Assembly: GCA_034422235.1 (NCBI GenBank)
Contig: DAOUJU010000040.1
Coordinates: 51,922 to 115,921, forward strand
Length of the DNA stretch: 64,000 nt
Origin: Anaerolineales bacterium
GTDB taxonomy: Bacteria; Chloroflexota; Anaerolineae; Caldilineales; Caldilineaceae
Direction of reading: 5' to 3'
Positions 1-9,883 of the stretch are shown here, piece by piece (position 1 is the stretch's first letter; each line of letters starts with the position of its first letter). The notes under the pieces are model-generated. The model did not search any database and was not told where the DNA came from. It was given only the letters and a program-made list of their open reading frames with translations. Both the position numbers and the translations under genes were made by a program.

Positions 1-380
1 AGCTTGTACGGTTCTCCCTTGACAAAGAAATGAAGCTTGAACATCGTTTCTTCGTCTCTCACGTAGAACCGTTTGCGTAAAACCATGTCCACCTCCTCCG
101 TCATCCCGTAGACGAAGGGTCGGGCATGGAATTGGCCCTCGACATCAAAGAATCGAGGCCATTGAGGCGGCGCCTCCAGATAGTCGGAAGTCGTGGTGAC
201 CAGGTAGGGTGCCCAGAATTCGGCGGTAAGGGTACAAATGAAGTAGTAGGCGAGAACGATGACACCGCCCACCATAGCCAAGCGGTTGCGGCGGAAACGC
301 CACCACACCAGGGACCAATAATTCTGGCTAACCTGCTTCTGGGGTCTTTGTCTCAGCGCACCGGACAGTGTATCAGCCAT
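1..380 (-). CDS. ABC transporter permease, OppC/DppC-like (N-terminal part; gene runs off the window start)
   Basis: Not in the ORF track because it is truncated. Manual translation from the ATG at 378-380 (minus strand) gives MADTLSGALRQRPQKQVSQNYWSLVWWRFRRNRLAMVGGVIVLAYYF..., a typical OppC-type N-terminus. It lies 30 nt downstream of the OppB-like permease on the same strand. Confidence 0.75.
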   Translation of the reverse strand, partial: MADTLSGALRQRPQKQVSQNYWSLVWWRFRRNRLAMVGGVIVLAYYFICTLTAEFWAPYLVTTTSDYLEAPPQWPRFFDVEGQFHARPFVYGMTEEVDMVLRKRFYVRDEETMFKLHFFVKGEPYK

Positions 381-410
381 GGTTCCCAAAAATGCAACAG
401 GGTCTCGAGG

Positions 411-1397
411 TTATTCAAGCCGAATGCGTGGGTCCAGCCAAGCCAAGACCAAGTCGGCAATCAGGTTGCCGACCAATAACATCATGGTCAGAAAAACCAG
501 CGTTGTTCCCGCCAGATACATATCCTGTTTTTGCAGGGCCCGGACAAAAATGGGCCCCATAGTGGGCAGATTCAGCACGATGGCTACCAGGGCATTGCCC
601 ACAATGATGCTGGGCAGGGCCTCAGATCCCATGATGACAATCAGAGGGGTGATGGCCATCCGTACACCGTGTTTCCAGGTCACAGTACGACTGGCCAAGC
701 CCCGGGCCCGCGCCGACTCGATATACGGCTGTCCCAGCGTTTCCAACAGATTGCCCCGCATGATACGGATAATGCCCGCGGTGCCGGTCACGCTACCGAT
801 GATCGCCGGCACCCACAAATGCTTGAGTAAATCAATGAACTTGGCAAAGCTCCATTCGGCATCCCGGTATTCCTTGGAAAAAAGCCCACCCACATCAGTA
901 TCAGTAAATTTGACGGCGAAATAGAGAATGAGCAAGGCCAGAAGAAATCCGGGTATACCGAGACCTATGAAACTTACCGTAGTAAAGATCTGGTCAGCGG
1001 TCGAATACTGGTTGGAAGCCGAATAAACACCAATGGGAATGGCCAGAATCCAAACCAGCAAGATCGTAGCGATCGCCAGGGTCACGGTCAGCAACAGGCG
1101 TTGTTCCACCAGCTGTCGTACCGGACGTTCAAATTCGAATGATTCCCCGAAATCGCCACGGACGAAATTAGTGGCCCATTTCAGGTAGCGCGGGATGAGG
1201 GGAATATCCAAACCGTATCGAAGGCGATATTCCTTGATCCGGTCCTCCGCGCTACGGTCGCCCCGGGCCTCCAGTTCCGCCAGTTTCTGGGTCAGAAAAT
1301 CACCCGGCGGCAACTCGATGATGATGAAACCCACAAAGGACACCATGATCAACATCACCAGGGAGTAACCCAGACGACGTACGATGTAGGCTAGCAC
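411..1397 (-). CDS. ABC transporter permease, OppB/DppB-like
   Basis: 328 aa. The N-terminus MLAYIVRRLGYSLVMLIMVSFVGFIIIELPPGDF is typical of OppB/DppB family permeases. Multiple TM segments. Sits between the family-5 binding protein and the OppC-like permease. Confidence 0.9.
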   Translation of the reverse strand: MLAYIVRRLGYSLVMLIMVSFVGFIIIELPPGDFLTQKLAELEARGDRSAEDRIKEYRLRYGLDIPLIPRYLKWATNFVRGDFGESFEFERPVRQLVEQRLLLTVTLAIATILLVWILAIPIGVYSASNQYSTADQIFTTVSFIGLGIPGFLLALLILYFAVKFTDTDVGGLFSKEYRDAEWSFAKFIDLLKHLWVPAIIGSVTGTAGIIRIMRGNLLETLGQPYIESARARGLASRTVTWKHGVRMAITPLIVIMGSEALPSIIVGNALVAIVLNLPTMGPIFVRALQKQDMYLAGTTLVFLTMMLLVGNLIADLVLAWLDPRIRLE

Positions 1398-1475
1398 GAG
1401 TGATTCCTTGGCAGATGCCTTGCAACAGGAGAGAAACGCAGAAGAAGCCGCAACTAGGTTCTTCTTTCACTGCAT

Positions 1476-1513
1476 AGCTGGGGGCAGGCCATCAAAATGG
1501 CCTGCCCCCAGCT
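1476..1513. promoter_or_regulatory. Intercistronic perfect stem-loop (17-bp stem, 4-nt loop) between the binding-protein and permease genes
   Basis: AGCTGGGGGCAGGCCAT-CAAA-ATGGCCTGCCCCCAGCT read directly. There is no U-tract after it on the coding (minus) strand, so it is more likely an mRNA-stability or partial-attenuation element than a full terminator. Confidence 0.5.
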
Positions 1514-1537
1514 TAAAAATACTTACCGCTTCAATTC

Positions 1538-3547
1538 CTATTCTGTCATGTAAAACTGTTCAGGATGAATGTTGCCTGGACTGCCGGGTGCCCATGGCCC
1601 CAGAATCCCAAACTCAGGCACGTTGTGGAAGTTATGCTTGACCACAACAGGCATGGGCTGATCGCCCGCCGCTCCCAACGTAAAGGGACCTTCATCAATG
1701 TGAATCTGAATGGCTTCCCACACAATTTCATGCCGTTTCTGCTCATCACCTTCGGCTATCCCCTTGTCATAGAGGGCATGCAGACGCTGGGCAGCACTGC
1801 CCGGCAGAGGTTCTTCACCCTCGGCTCCACCTGTCGCACGCCACTTGCCCTGCATCGGCCAGGCCCGGTTGTCGCGCTGGGGGAAGATCCAGTCTGGATA
1901 GGTCCAGATATCCAGTTCGGAGGCGTGGCAATTGCGGAACATGTACTTGGCTTCGCGCTGGCGCAGACCCCATTCCGGTTGACCAAAGAGGTCATTGACG
2001 ATGGTATCGATACCGACGGCTCGCAGTTGATCGGCGAGCTCAATATTGGAGTTTTCCGATACCGTCTTGCCACCCCAATCACCGGAATCCAGAATCAGCT
2101 GGAAGGGCTTGCCGCTGGGCAGATCACGCCAGCCGTCTCCATCCGCATCCACAAATCCCACGGTCTCAAAGCGCGAGGCCGCTAGTTCCTGATCAAATTC
2201 CGCATCGGCGGCGGCCCAAGCTTCAAACACAGCTTGACCTTCGTCACTTACAAAGTGCCAAGCCTGGGGACTGATGGTGGACTGCTGCGGGATGCCAATG
2301 CCGTCCCAAACCACATCAATCAGGCGGTCACGGTCAATCGCAACTGACACACCCTTGCGCCAATCAACGCTGCGCAGAAGGGCCCGGATCTCGGCATCCA
2401 ATTCCGGATCGTCTCCTGAACCGATGTAGTCCTGGTTGATCAGCCAGCAAGGCCAACCACCGGCACCATTCACCCAATTGAGATACATGGTGTAGCCACT
2501 CTCTTCGGCCTTTTCGGCCAAGAAGGGAATGTGCAGCGGGTTATAGGAACCATCACGGAAGGAGGCATCATATTTGCCTTCCGACAAGTTCAGCAACCGG
2601 ATCTCTTCGTCCTCTACCAATTCAATATCCATCCGATCGATGTAGGGAAGCTGGTTACCCTCGGGATCCACTTTCCAATAGAAGGGGTTACGGACCAGAA
2701 CGGTACGTTCCCCGGGGACGACGCGTTCCGCTTTCCAAGCCAGAATAACGGGCTGATCGGGATTCTCGATCCACTCATTCATGAGCTCGAAATTCTCCCA
2801 GTCCTCTGCATCGGAGTAATCGGGATGGAACTGTTCGAGATAATGGCGCGCCACCACCACATCTTCGGATTCCCAGAATCCTTGTGCCAGAATGGTGGGC
2901 GTGATCCAGTGCGGTTCATCCCACGTCCAAACCATGGTGTAGTCATCCACGAATTCTACATCCATGGTCTCACCGGTGGACTTGAATCCATACCAGGGAA
3001 CATTGATCACACCGTAGTCTTCGTTAGTGGCCAAATCCTCCCACCAGAAACGTAGGTCTTCGGTCGTGAAAGGTTCGCCATCAGACCAGCGTAACCCTTC
3101 ACGCAGATAGAACGTGACTTCCGTGCCGTCCTCGTTCCAAACCCAATCCTTAAACGAACCCGGCTGGTAGCCAGTATAGTCAGCTCTCCAGCGCACAGGT
3201 GGGTCGTAAGCAATCATCTTGACGTTGCTATAAGTAGCCGACCACGCGGCCGTATGCCAAGTACCGCCATATTGGCCAATCTCATTAACCACGGGTACTA
3301 CAACGGGCTCCACCGGCAAACGTTCCTCCACAGGAGGCAAAGTACCGGCAGCTACCATTTCGGCCAGCATCGGTGCCTGTCCGTACGGCGAATCCGATTC
3401 GGGCATTTCCGCCTCAGCAGCTGGCTCTTCCTCGGCTGCGGGTTCTTCTGCTGTGTCGGGCTGGCCACAGGCCGATAGCACCAGCATTAGCATCACAAGC
3501 AAACCGATCAATCCAACAATTCGTCTGTTCATTCGTCTTCTCCTCAA
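1538..3547 (-). CDS. ABC transporter substrate-binding protein, family 5 (peptide/nickel type), lipoprotein
   Basis: 669 aa. Signal peptide with lipobox (LVLSAC), followed by an acidic Ala/Glu/Pro linker. Size and operon context match an Opp/Dpp-type SBP. Confidence 0.88.
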   Translation of the reverse strand: MRRRRMNRRIVGLIGLLVMLMLVLSACGQPDTAEEPAAEEEPAAEAEMPESDSPYGQAPMLAEMVAAGTLPPVEERLPVEPVVVPVVNEIGQYGGTWHTAAWSATYSNVKMIAYDPPVRWRADYTGYQPGSFKDWVWNEDGTEVTFYLREGLRWSDGEPFTTEDLRFWWEDLATNEDYGVINVPWYGFKSTGETMDVEFVDDYTMVWTWDEPHWITPTILAQGFWESEDVVVARHYLEQFHPDYSDAEDWENFELMNEWIENPDQPVILAWKAERVVPGERTVLVRNPFYWKVDPEGNQLPYIDRMDIELVEDEEIRLLNLSEGKYDASFRDGSYNPLHIPFLAEKAEESGYTMYLNWVNGAGGWPCWLINQDYIGSGDDPELDAEIRALLRSVDWRKGVSVAIDRDRLIDVVWDGIGIPQQSTISPQAWHFVSDEGQAVFEAWAAADAEFDQELAASRFETVGFVDADGDGWRDLPSGKPFQLILDSGDWGGKTVSENSNIELADQLRAVGIDTIVNDLFGQPEWGLRQREAKYMFRNCHASELDIWTYPDWIFPQRDNRAWPMQGKWRATGGAEGEEPLPGSAAQRLHALYDKGIAEGDEQKRHEIVWEAIQIHIDEGPFTLGAAGDQPMPVVVKHNFHNVPEFGILGPWAPGSPGNIHPEQFYMTE

Positions 3548-3842
3548 GAGTTATTTGATCGACAACAACAACCAAACTGTCTGCCAGGCAGACAGAAGGC
3601 CAAACTACACCCATATCAGATTATTTCGTACGGGCACACACTGCATTCCGGGGAACACAACCTGCAATTTGCAATGTCTAGGGTATGCCGAATGATACCA
3701 TACATGGGAGACGATGCCCGGAATTCCCCGAGCTGGTTCGTTGTTAAGTTCAGATGGGGCAGGTTGGGCAACTTCTCCGTGGACAGTTTAGCCGAATCTG
3801 CATGGCTAACCCTACCTACCATGACTTTCAAAGGAGGCATTC

Positions 3843-4655
3843 ATGCACCTTGCGCGGCATATAACTGACTCTGGCATCTGCTGGAGCGCCGACAATGGTT
3901 TCTTACCGGCTGGTATTGACCTGGCCTTTCTGCTAACGCTTGAACAAAGGGCCATGCTGTCTCTGTTGGAAAGTACCAGAGGGAAGGCAGAAGCTTCTGG
4001 TTACTTGAGTGCACCAGTAGACAGCCAGCAGGAGGTTTGGGGAAGCGGGGTTACCTACCTGCGCAGCCGTGAAGCGCGGGAGGCAGAATCAGCTTCGGCC
4101 GATGTTTATGCCGCCGTATACGACGCTGAGCGTCCGGAAATCTTCTTCAAGGCTCAGGGCTGGCGGGCCCGAGGGCACCTGCAGACGGTCCGCATCCGCC
4201 ACGACACCACCTGGAATGTACCGGAACCGGAACTGACTCTGGTAATCAATGCCCATGGCCAGATTGTGGGTTATACCGTGGGCAATGATATGTCTTCAAG
4301 AGATATTGAAGGGGCCAACCCCCTGTACCTGCCCCAGGCCAAGACCTACAACGGTTCCTGTGCTGTGGGTCCGGTCATTCAATTGTGTCAGTCGGAAGAT
4401 CTGGTTGGCTTGAGCATTACGTTACACATTGAACGGGCCGGCCAAGAGGTATTTGCTGGTGAGACCTCTACCGCCAACATGAAGCGTACCTTTCCGGAAT
4501 TGGCCCATTATCTGTTCAGGGAACTGGACTTCCCCCAAGGGGTCCTGCTGATGACCGGTACCGGCATCGTACCGCCTGATGAATTCACGCTGGTGGGCGG
4601 AGACAAGATTACGATTGCCATTGGCGAGTTGGAACTCAGTAACACGGTGGAATAA
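3843..4655 (+). CDS. Fumarylacetoacetate hydrolase (FAH) family protein
   Basis: 270 aa. The C-terminal FAH-fold region [33 protein letters not shown] resembles 2-keto-3-deoxy-acid dehydratase/FAH family members. Confidence 0.8.
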   Translation: MHLARHITDSGICWSADNGFLPAGIDLAFLLTLEQRAMLSLLESTRGKAEASGYLSAPVDSQQEVWGSGVTYLRSREAREAESASADVYAAVYDAERPEIFFKAQGWRARGHLQTVRIRHDTTWNVPEPELTLVINAHGQIVGYTVGNDMSSRDIEGANPLYLPQAKTYNGSCAVGPVIQLCQSEDLVGLSITLHIERAGQEVFAGETSTANMKRTFPELAHYLFRELDFPQGVLLMTGTGIVPPDEFTLVGGDKITIAIGELELSNTVE

Positions 4656-4808
4656 GGATAGAACCATAACCAAGTAGACGTCTCAGACACGGGCCGTTCC
4701 GGCTATAGGCAGAAGCGTGTTTTCGGGCAGACGGCCCTGGGATTATTGCGGCTCCCTGAAACTGGCAAGAGGGATTCGTTCCTGACCACATTCTCACCAG
4801 GGGCAATG

Positions 4809-5219
4809 TTAACCAGGGGCGTGGAGTCCCAGGAGATTGCCCTCCGTATCGAAGAAATAGGCCAGCCACGCTGTTTCTGCTCCTTCGCCAATCCTTTTAC
4901 CAGGCATTTCAATCTTGCCACCCGCCTCTTCCACCCGAGTCAGGCATGCCTCCCAGTCTTTCCGGGCGAAGTAAATGCGGCAGCCCTGGTATCCAGCCGG
5001 AGAATATCCGCTCGCTTCGATAAGTGCTCCTCCAGGGCCCAAGGGGGAAGAACCGGAAAGGGACAGGAAAGCAATCCGGTAGCCGGGTGCGAATTCCTGG
5101 ATCTCCAGTTCTGTTTCCAGGACAGTCTCGTAGAAAGTTACAGCCCTTTCCAGATTGTGTACAGGGATTTCGAACCAGTCTATAAGGGGTCCAGTTTCAA
5201 ACTCTGTCTTGTCATCCAT
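4809..5219 (-). CDS. VOC (glyoxalase/bleomycin-resistance/dioxygenase) family protein
   Basis: 136 aa. WFEIPVHNLERAVTFYETVL is the typical first beta-alpha-beta-beta-beta module of VOC proteins. Confidence 0.8.
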   Translation of the reverse strand: MDDKTEFETGPLIDWFEIPVHNLERAVTFYETVLETELEIQEFAPGYRIAFLSLSGSSPLGPGGALIEASGYSPAGYQGCRIYFARKDWEACLTRVEEAGGKIEMPGKRIGEGAETAWLAYFFDTEGNLLGLHAPG

Positions 5220-5245
5220 GTGTTGTCATGTTCCCTGCCTGCGCC

Positions 5246-6187
5246 TCAAGCGATAAGCCGTCCCAACAGACTGTCTTCAATGACCGACCGGTAATCGACC
5301 AGAGACTTTATCCGCCGGGATGCTGTCCGATATCCCGCCCCCCACATGAGACCCAGCGCGGGATTCCTGGTGTGTTGGCCATGACTGCAGTCTTCCACAT
5401 TGCCATGATCGCTTCCGACCATGACCAGCGTCCGCTCCAGATCAACCGTCTCTGTCAGCCCTTCCAGAAAGCGATCAATACGCTCGAAATTTCTTGCCGC
5501 TTCCCTGTACATGCGCTTGTGGCCATGAACATCAGTGACCCAGTGTTCAAAGAAGACCAAGGCTGCTGTTTGTGCTTGCCGCCCCACGATTTTCCCTGCT
5601 TCCCGGGGCGTATGAACTGGAATATCCCGGATATCCAGTCTTTCACGCCAATCCCTACCCGTAATAGTGCCACTGACCGCTGCTTGTCGCTGGTATGCAG
5701 CCACATCGTGCAGGGTCACTCCGGCTATGGACAAGGCATAGGGAATTGTGCTCAGCAACCTCTTGCCACTGCGCACCCCATCAAAATAGGCGGGGGGATA
5801 GGCATTGGCACTGCGGACCGTGACTCCGCTCTGCGTAAGGTGAGCAAAGAGCGAGTCCTGATCCAGCAAGGCCCTGATTCTGCGGTCTGGTTTGGGGCCG
5901 AAATGCTCTCCCAATTCACGCGGCACGTTTCGACCCGTTACAATCGCCGCCTGCCCCGTTGCACTCTGGGGACGACCGTTCACGCCGAGCGTAGCATCCA
6001 CCGGAAATGAGACTGCGCGTTCGGTGATAATACCAGGGTGTCGCAAACTGGGCCGCTGGTGATCCAGCAGACTATCCAGAAAGGGCATGGAAGCAGCCAG
6101 GAAGGGATTCTGGCTTTTTGCACCTAGGCCTACACCGTCCAAAAAGACAAAAACGACATGTACATGGGAAGAAGGATGAGAGGCCAT
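5246..6187 (-). CDS. Alkaline-phosphatase-core metalloenzyme superfamily protein (iPGM/phosphopentomutase-like)
   Basis: 313 aa. N-terminal VVFVFLDGVGLG and C-terminal VMVGSDHGNVED metal-ligand motifs are typical of this superfamily. Exact activity not assignable. Confidence 0.6.
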   Translation of the reverse strand: MASHPSSHVHVVFVFLDGVGLGAKSQNPFLAASMPFLDSLLDHQRPSLRHPGIITERAVSFPVDATLGVNGRPQSATGQAAIVTGRNVPRELGEHFGPKPDRRIRALLDQDSLFAHLTQSGVTVRSANAYPPAYFDGVRSGKRLLSTIPYALSIAGVTLHDVAAYQRQAAVSGTITGRDWRERLDIRDIPVHTPREAGKIVGRQAQTAALVFFEHWVTDVHGHKRMYREAARNFERIDRFLEGLTETVDLERTLVMVGSDHGNVEDCSHGQHTRNPALGLMWGAGYRTASRRIKSLVDYRSVIEDSLLGRLIA

Positions 6188-6538
6188 ACGGCAAGGGGAG
6201 GCAAAATGCGGCCGACCAAAGATTCTCGATATTCAGTATACTGTAGCCGATTTGGTCTGAAGGGATTGGTGCCTCGGTTGACACAGTTCCTCTTGAGAAG
6301 ACTGGCTTGCGGTGCAACAGGCATCAGATGCCACCGGAGTGACCTGTACCTTCTGGTTCTGGGTCAGCATCTTTGGCGGTCTCAGGACGCACAAGAATTC
6401 ATGTTCATATGCCCTTGGACTTGCGGTCTAGGCCAAGACATCAGGTTCAAGAAAACATATCTTGGTCTCTCACGTGGGTTCTGAAAGGCTGGAATACGTG
6501 CGGCCATTCAAGCCAGTAACCTTAAGCCTCATTGCAAC

Positions 6539-7687
6539 ATGCCTGTTACCGTCCCCATAACAGAGGCATCCGTAGCCCTGGTTCATGACTGGCTCAACCA
6601 GATGGGAGGTGCTGAATATGTGCTGGCGGTCTTGCATGATATGCTGCCCCAAGCCCCTGTTTTTACCAGCCTTTACCACAAAGAGCGTATGCCGACGGAG
6701 ATGAAGCAGTGGGATATTCGCACCAGTCTCCTCAATTACGTTCCCCTCCTGCGCAAGCGGTCGCGGTTGCTCCTGCCCTTTTATCCCCACGCCTTCGCCC
6801 GTATGGATCTGAGTGAAAGAGACTTGGTTATCAGTATCAAGAGTGCCTTCAGTCTGGGGGTGACCACCAAAAGGTCAGAGTATCAGGCACATCACATCTG
6901 TTACTGCTTGACGCCTACCCGCTTCCTGTGGAACTTTGATGCCTACATGCACAGGGAACAGGTTTCGGGATTAGCACGTAATTTTTCTCGGCTCTTCATT
7001 CATCACCTGCGCAACTGGGAAGTGGAGGCGGCCCAGCAGGTAGATCAATTTATTGCTATCAGCCGTACGGTCCAGGAGCGTATACGTACCTGCTATGGTC
7101 GGGAGAGTACCATAATTCACCCTCCTGTCAACACACAAGAGTTTCAGGTAGCCAACGACCTGCAACCCACCCAAGACCATTATCTGATCGTCTCGCGTCT
7201 CATCCCTTACAAACGTATCGATCTGGCGGTTGAGGCCTTCAACCGCATGCCGGACCGCAAGCTGGTCATCGTAGGTGAAGGCAGGGATGAAGCTGCTTTG
7301 AGGGCCGCTGCACAGGGCAACATTGTATTTGCCGGCTACCTGGATCGCCCACAGGTTGTGGAACTCATGACCACTTGTCGGGCCTTCATCTTCCCTGGTG
7401 AAGAAGATTTCGGCATTACGCCGGTGGAAGCCCTGAGTGCAGGCAAGCCGGTTATTGCCTACGAAGCCGGCGGCGCACTCGATTATGTCAAGAATGACAC
7501 AACGGGTATCTTTTTCCAGACCCAAGAGCCTGAAGCTCTGGCGCAGGCGGTTGAGGATTACGAACGTCGTTCCTGGGATCCTGCAATCTGTCGCCAGCAG
7601 GCCCAACAGTTCAGTGTCGAGGCATTCCGACAGAAAATGGGAGATTTTCTGGGACAAGCTCTCCGGCATAGGGACACCTCAGATTAG
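6539..7687 (+). CDS. Glycosyltransferase family 4 (group 1)
   Basis: 382 aa. VALVHDWLNQMGGAEYVL at the N-terminus and EDFGITPVEALSAGKPVIA (EX7E region) are characteristic of GT4. Confidence 0.9.
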   Translation: MPVTVPITEASVALVHDWLNQMGGAEYVLAVLHDMLPQAPVFTSLYHKERMPTEMKQWDIRTSLLNYVPLLRKRSRLLLPFYPHAFARMDLSERDLVISIKSAFSLGVTTKRSEYQAHHICYCLTPTRFLWNFDAYMHREQVSGLARNFSRLFIHHLRNWEVEAAQQVDQFIAISRTVQERIRTCYGRESTIIHPPVNTQEFQVANDLQPTQDHYLIVSRLIPYKRIDLAVEAFNRMPDRKLVIVGEGRDEAALRAAAQGNIVFAGYLDRPQVVELMTTCRAFIFPGEEDFGITPVEALSAGKPVIAYEAGGALDYVKNDTTGIFFQTQEPEALAQAVEDYERRSWDPAICRQQAQQFSVEAFRQKMGDFLGQALRHRDTSD

Positions 7688-7777
7688 ACTCGGACCGCGC
7701 GTCAGAAATCAGAACATACGGGAAAGCCCCTATGCTATGATCCGCAACATCATGACTATGGTTTCAGGCTAACTTGC

Positions 7778-8437
7778 ATGAGCTGGACAGAATACCGCCA
7801 GTTGTTGCTGCGCTGGGGCTGGCTGGTAGGGTGCTGCGCCTTGCTGGGGGCGATCGCTGCGTGGTCTTTCACCCAGACATTGACACCGCAGTACCGGGCC
7901 CGCACCTATATCAGCATGATCCCGGCGGAAATGGATTGGCGCATGCGCGACTTGACCAAGGAGCTCGCCCGCCATGTCACAGTGCTGTTTCCTGCCCCTG
8001 CCCTGCTGGAGGTTCTACAAGGACAGGCAGGGGTCGCGGCCAACATGACAACAGAGGAACTGGCCCAAAGTCTCCGGGCCTCGTTTGATAATGGCACCCT
8101 CATAATTACCCTTGAAGCTTTCCACCCGGACCCTCATGCCGCGGGAGAGTTAGTCCAGGTGGCCACGGAGATTTTCCATGCCGAACACAGCACTTTTTTT
8201 GCCGACAGGAACTTTCAGGATTTCGTGGAATTTGATATCCAGTCGGCAGGACCGGAACTGACCCAGATTGCCCCTAATACCCTGAGCAATACCCTGGCCG
8301 GACTGGTCTTGGGTCTATTCGCCGGTACTGGATTGGTACTCCTGCTATTCTGGCGAGATGAGGAATGGCTCACCCGGCCCGAGATTGTGGAACGAGCCTT
8401 GAATCTGCCAAACCTGGGCATTATCACTCAGGATTGA
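7778..8437 (+). CDS. Wzz/PCP-type polysaccharide chain-length determinant-like membrane protein
   Basis: 219 aa. N-terminal TM followed by TPQYRARTYISM (Wzz motif region). Second TM near the C-terminus (LAGLVLGLFAGTGLVLLLFW). This is the PCP-2b-like split architecture. Confidence 0.7.
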   Translation: MSWTEYRQLLLRWGWLVGCCALLGAIAAWSFTQTLTPQYRARTYISMIPAEMDWRMRDLTKELARHVTVLFPAPALLEVLQGQAGVAANMTTEELAQSLRASFDNGTLIITLEAFHPDPHAAGELVQVATEIFHAEHSTFFADRNFQDFVEFDIQSAGPELTQIAPNTLSNTLAGLVLGLFAGTGLVLLLFWRDEEWLTRPEIVERALNLPNLGIITQD

Positions 8438-8469
8438 CTGGGCTGAATACGAGCAACGTGGCGGCTCCC

Positions 8470-9087
8470 ATGTCCATCTCAGTTCCGCCGGTTTCGGCCG
8501 AAATGCTTTCGCTCCGTGCCAATATGGAACTGGCTGGTGTACCCCATCCTCGGCGATCTATCGCCATAGCCAGCCTGGCTCCACCGGCCCCTACGGTTTC
8601 ACTGATTCTAGGCCTTGGCCAGGCATTTGCCGCGGTGGATTTAGATGTCCTCCTGGTGGATGCCAACAGCCAGGATCCCATCCTGCACCACGTCCTGGAT
8701 AGCTCAGTCACACCCGGTCTGTACCAGTGCCTGGCAGACAGGAACCAGGAATTGCCTTTGCAAGATACCCCCGTATCTGGCATCCGCTTTCTGGCCGCTG
8801 GTGCCCAGGATAAAGATGTCCTTGAAGTCTTGAGTAAGGACAGAATCCAGTACCGACAACGGGAACTGCTGGAAATGGGACAGTTGATATTTTGGCATGT
8901 CCCGCCTCTGTCTGCTTCGCCTGCAGGAGCACTCATAGCCAGTCAGGTGGATGCTACTCTCCTGGTCCTGCGACCCGGATTCTCACGGCGCAGCCCAAGT
9001 CTCCGAGTCAAACAACAGTTGGAACAGGCTGGTGCCCACATCATGGGTACAGTCCTGCTCAAGGTTCCACGCAGACGTGACGCGTAG
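8470..9087 (+). CDS. BY-kinase (CpsD/CapB)-like protein with degenerate nucleotide-binding motifs
   Basis: The ORF track starts at 8365 and overlaps the upstream gene, so the Met at 8470 is the likelier start. The MinD/BY-kinase scaffold is recognisable (LLVDANSQDP, GLYQCL, FLAAG, HVPPL, DATLLVL, GTVLL). Walker A is replaced by SLAPPAPTVS, and no C-terminal Tyr cluster is present. Confidence 0.6.
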   Translation: MSISVPPVSAEMLSLRANMELAGVPHPRRSIAIASLAPPAPTVSLILGLGQAFAAVDLDVLLVDANSQDPILHHVLDSSVTPGLYQCLADRNQELPLQDTPVSGIRFLAAGAQDKDVLEVLSKDRIQYRQRELLEMGQLIFWHVPPLSASPAGALIASQVDATLLVLRPGFSRRSPSLRVKQQLEQAGAHIMGTVLLKVPRRRDA

Positions 9088-9102
9088 CCGTGGAGCAGTC
9101 TC

Positions 9103-9864
9103 ATGGATTTCGACGGCTATATACGTTCCATTCCCGCTTTGGCCGCCCACTTGCGGAATGTACGCCGCACCCGGGTAGTCAGCAGTTCTTCCCTGGTATG
9201 TCCCATGACCGAACTGGTGCCTACCTACCATCCCCGGAGACTGGATGCTCTGCACCAGAATGTTACAACCCTATCCTCCTTGAATCAGGAAGCTGATGCC
9301 ATGGTTCACGTATTTCGGCGCCTGATTGACCACTTGCATCGCCTGGTCTCGGCTTTTGCCGAATGGCCAGAATTCGATCCCGGTGCCTTTTTTGATCTGT
9401 ATCCCTATCAGGCCAATCTGCTGGTGGATGTCAATAGCCAGGCTCACGCTACCCGGATTGTGTTTTGTGGGGACCTGCTGCTTCCCTGTTTTCAACGGGC
9501 CGAAGCCTATTTTGTGAATGTCTTTACTCCTGCCTACCGCGCCGCGTTTCCCGCGGCTTTTGCCCCTGATCCTGACAGTTCTGCCCTACACAGCTTTCGT
9601 ACCAAGGTAGAGCCGGAAATGTCTCTGCGTTGGCAGCATCTGGTCACAGTGGCGCAACGTCTCAACTGGTTTCTGCAGGAAGAACTGGAATTCCTCGTAA
9701 TTACTTACGGTGAGGAAGAGCTATTTGCCTGGCGTCCTGTATGGCAATATCCCGCGGATCCTGGTTTGGATCCAGCCCTTTGTCCTGCCTGGGAAACCCT
9801 CATGACCTTCACTCTGTCTGTGCAATGCAACGCTCCCTTGTCCCAGTCCCACAACGCAGTCTGA
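9103..9864 (+). CDS. Hypothetical protein
   Basis: 253-aa ORF in the same orientation within the polysaccharide cluster. No motif recognised. Confidence 0.4.
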   Translation: MDFDGYIRSIPALAAHLRNVRRTRVVSSSSLVCPMTELVPTYHPRRLDALHQNVTTLSSLNQEADAMVHVFRRLIDHLHRLVSAFAEWPEFDPGAFFDLYPYQANLLVDVNSQAHATRIVFCGDLLLPCFQRAEAYFVNVFTPAYRAAFPAAFAPDPDSSALHSFRTKVEPEMSLRWQHLVTVAQRLNWFLQEELEFLVITYGEEELFAWRPVWQYPADPGLDPALCPAWETLMTFTLSVQCNAPLSQSHNAV

Positions 9865-9883
9865 CCTTTGACCCAGTGACCTC

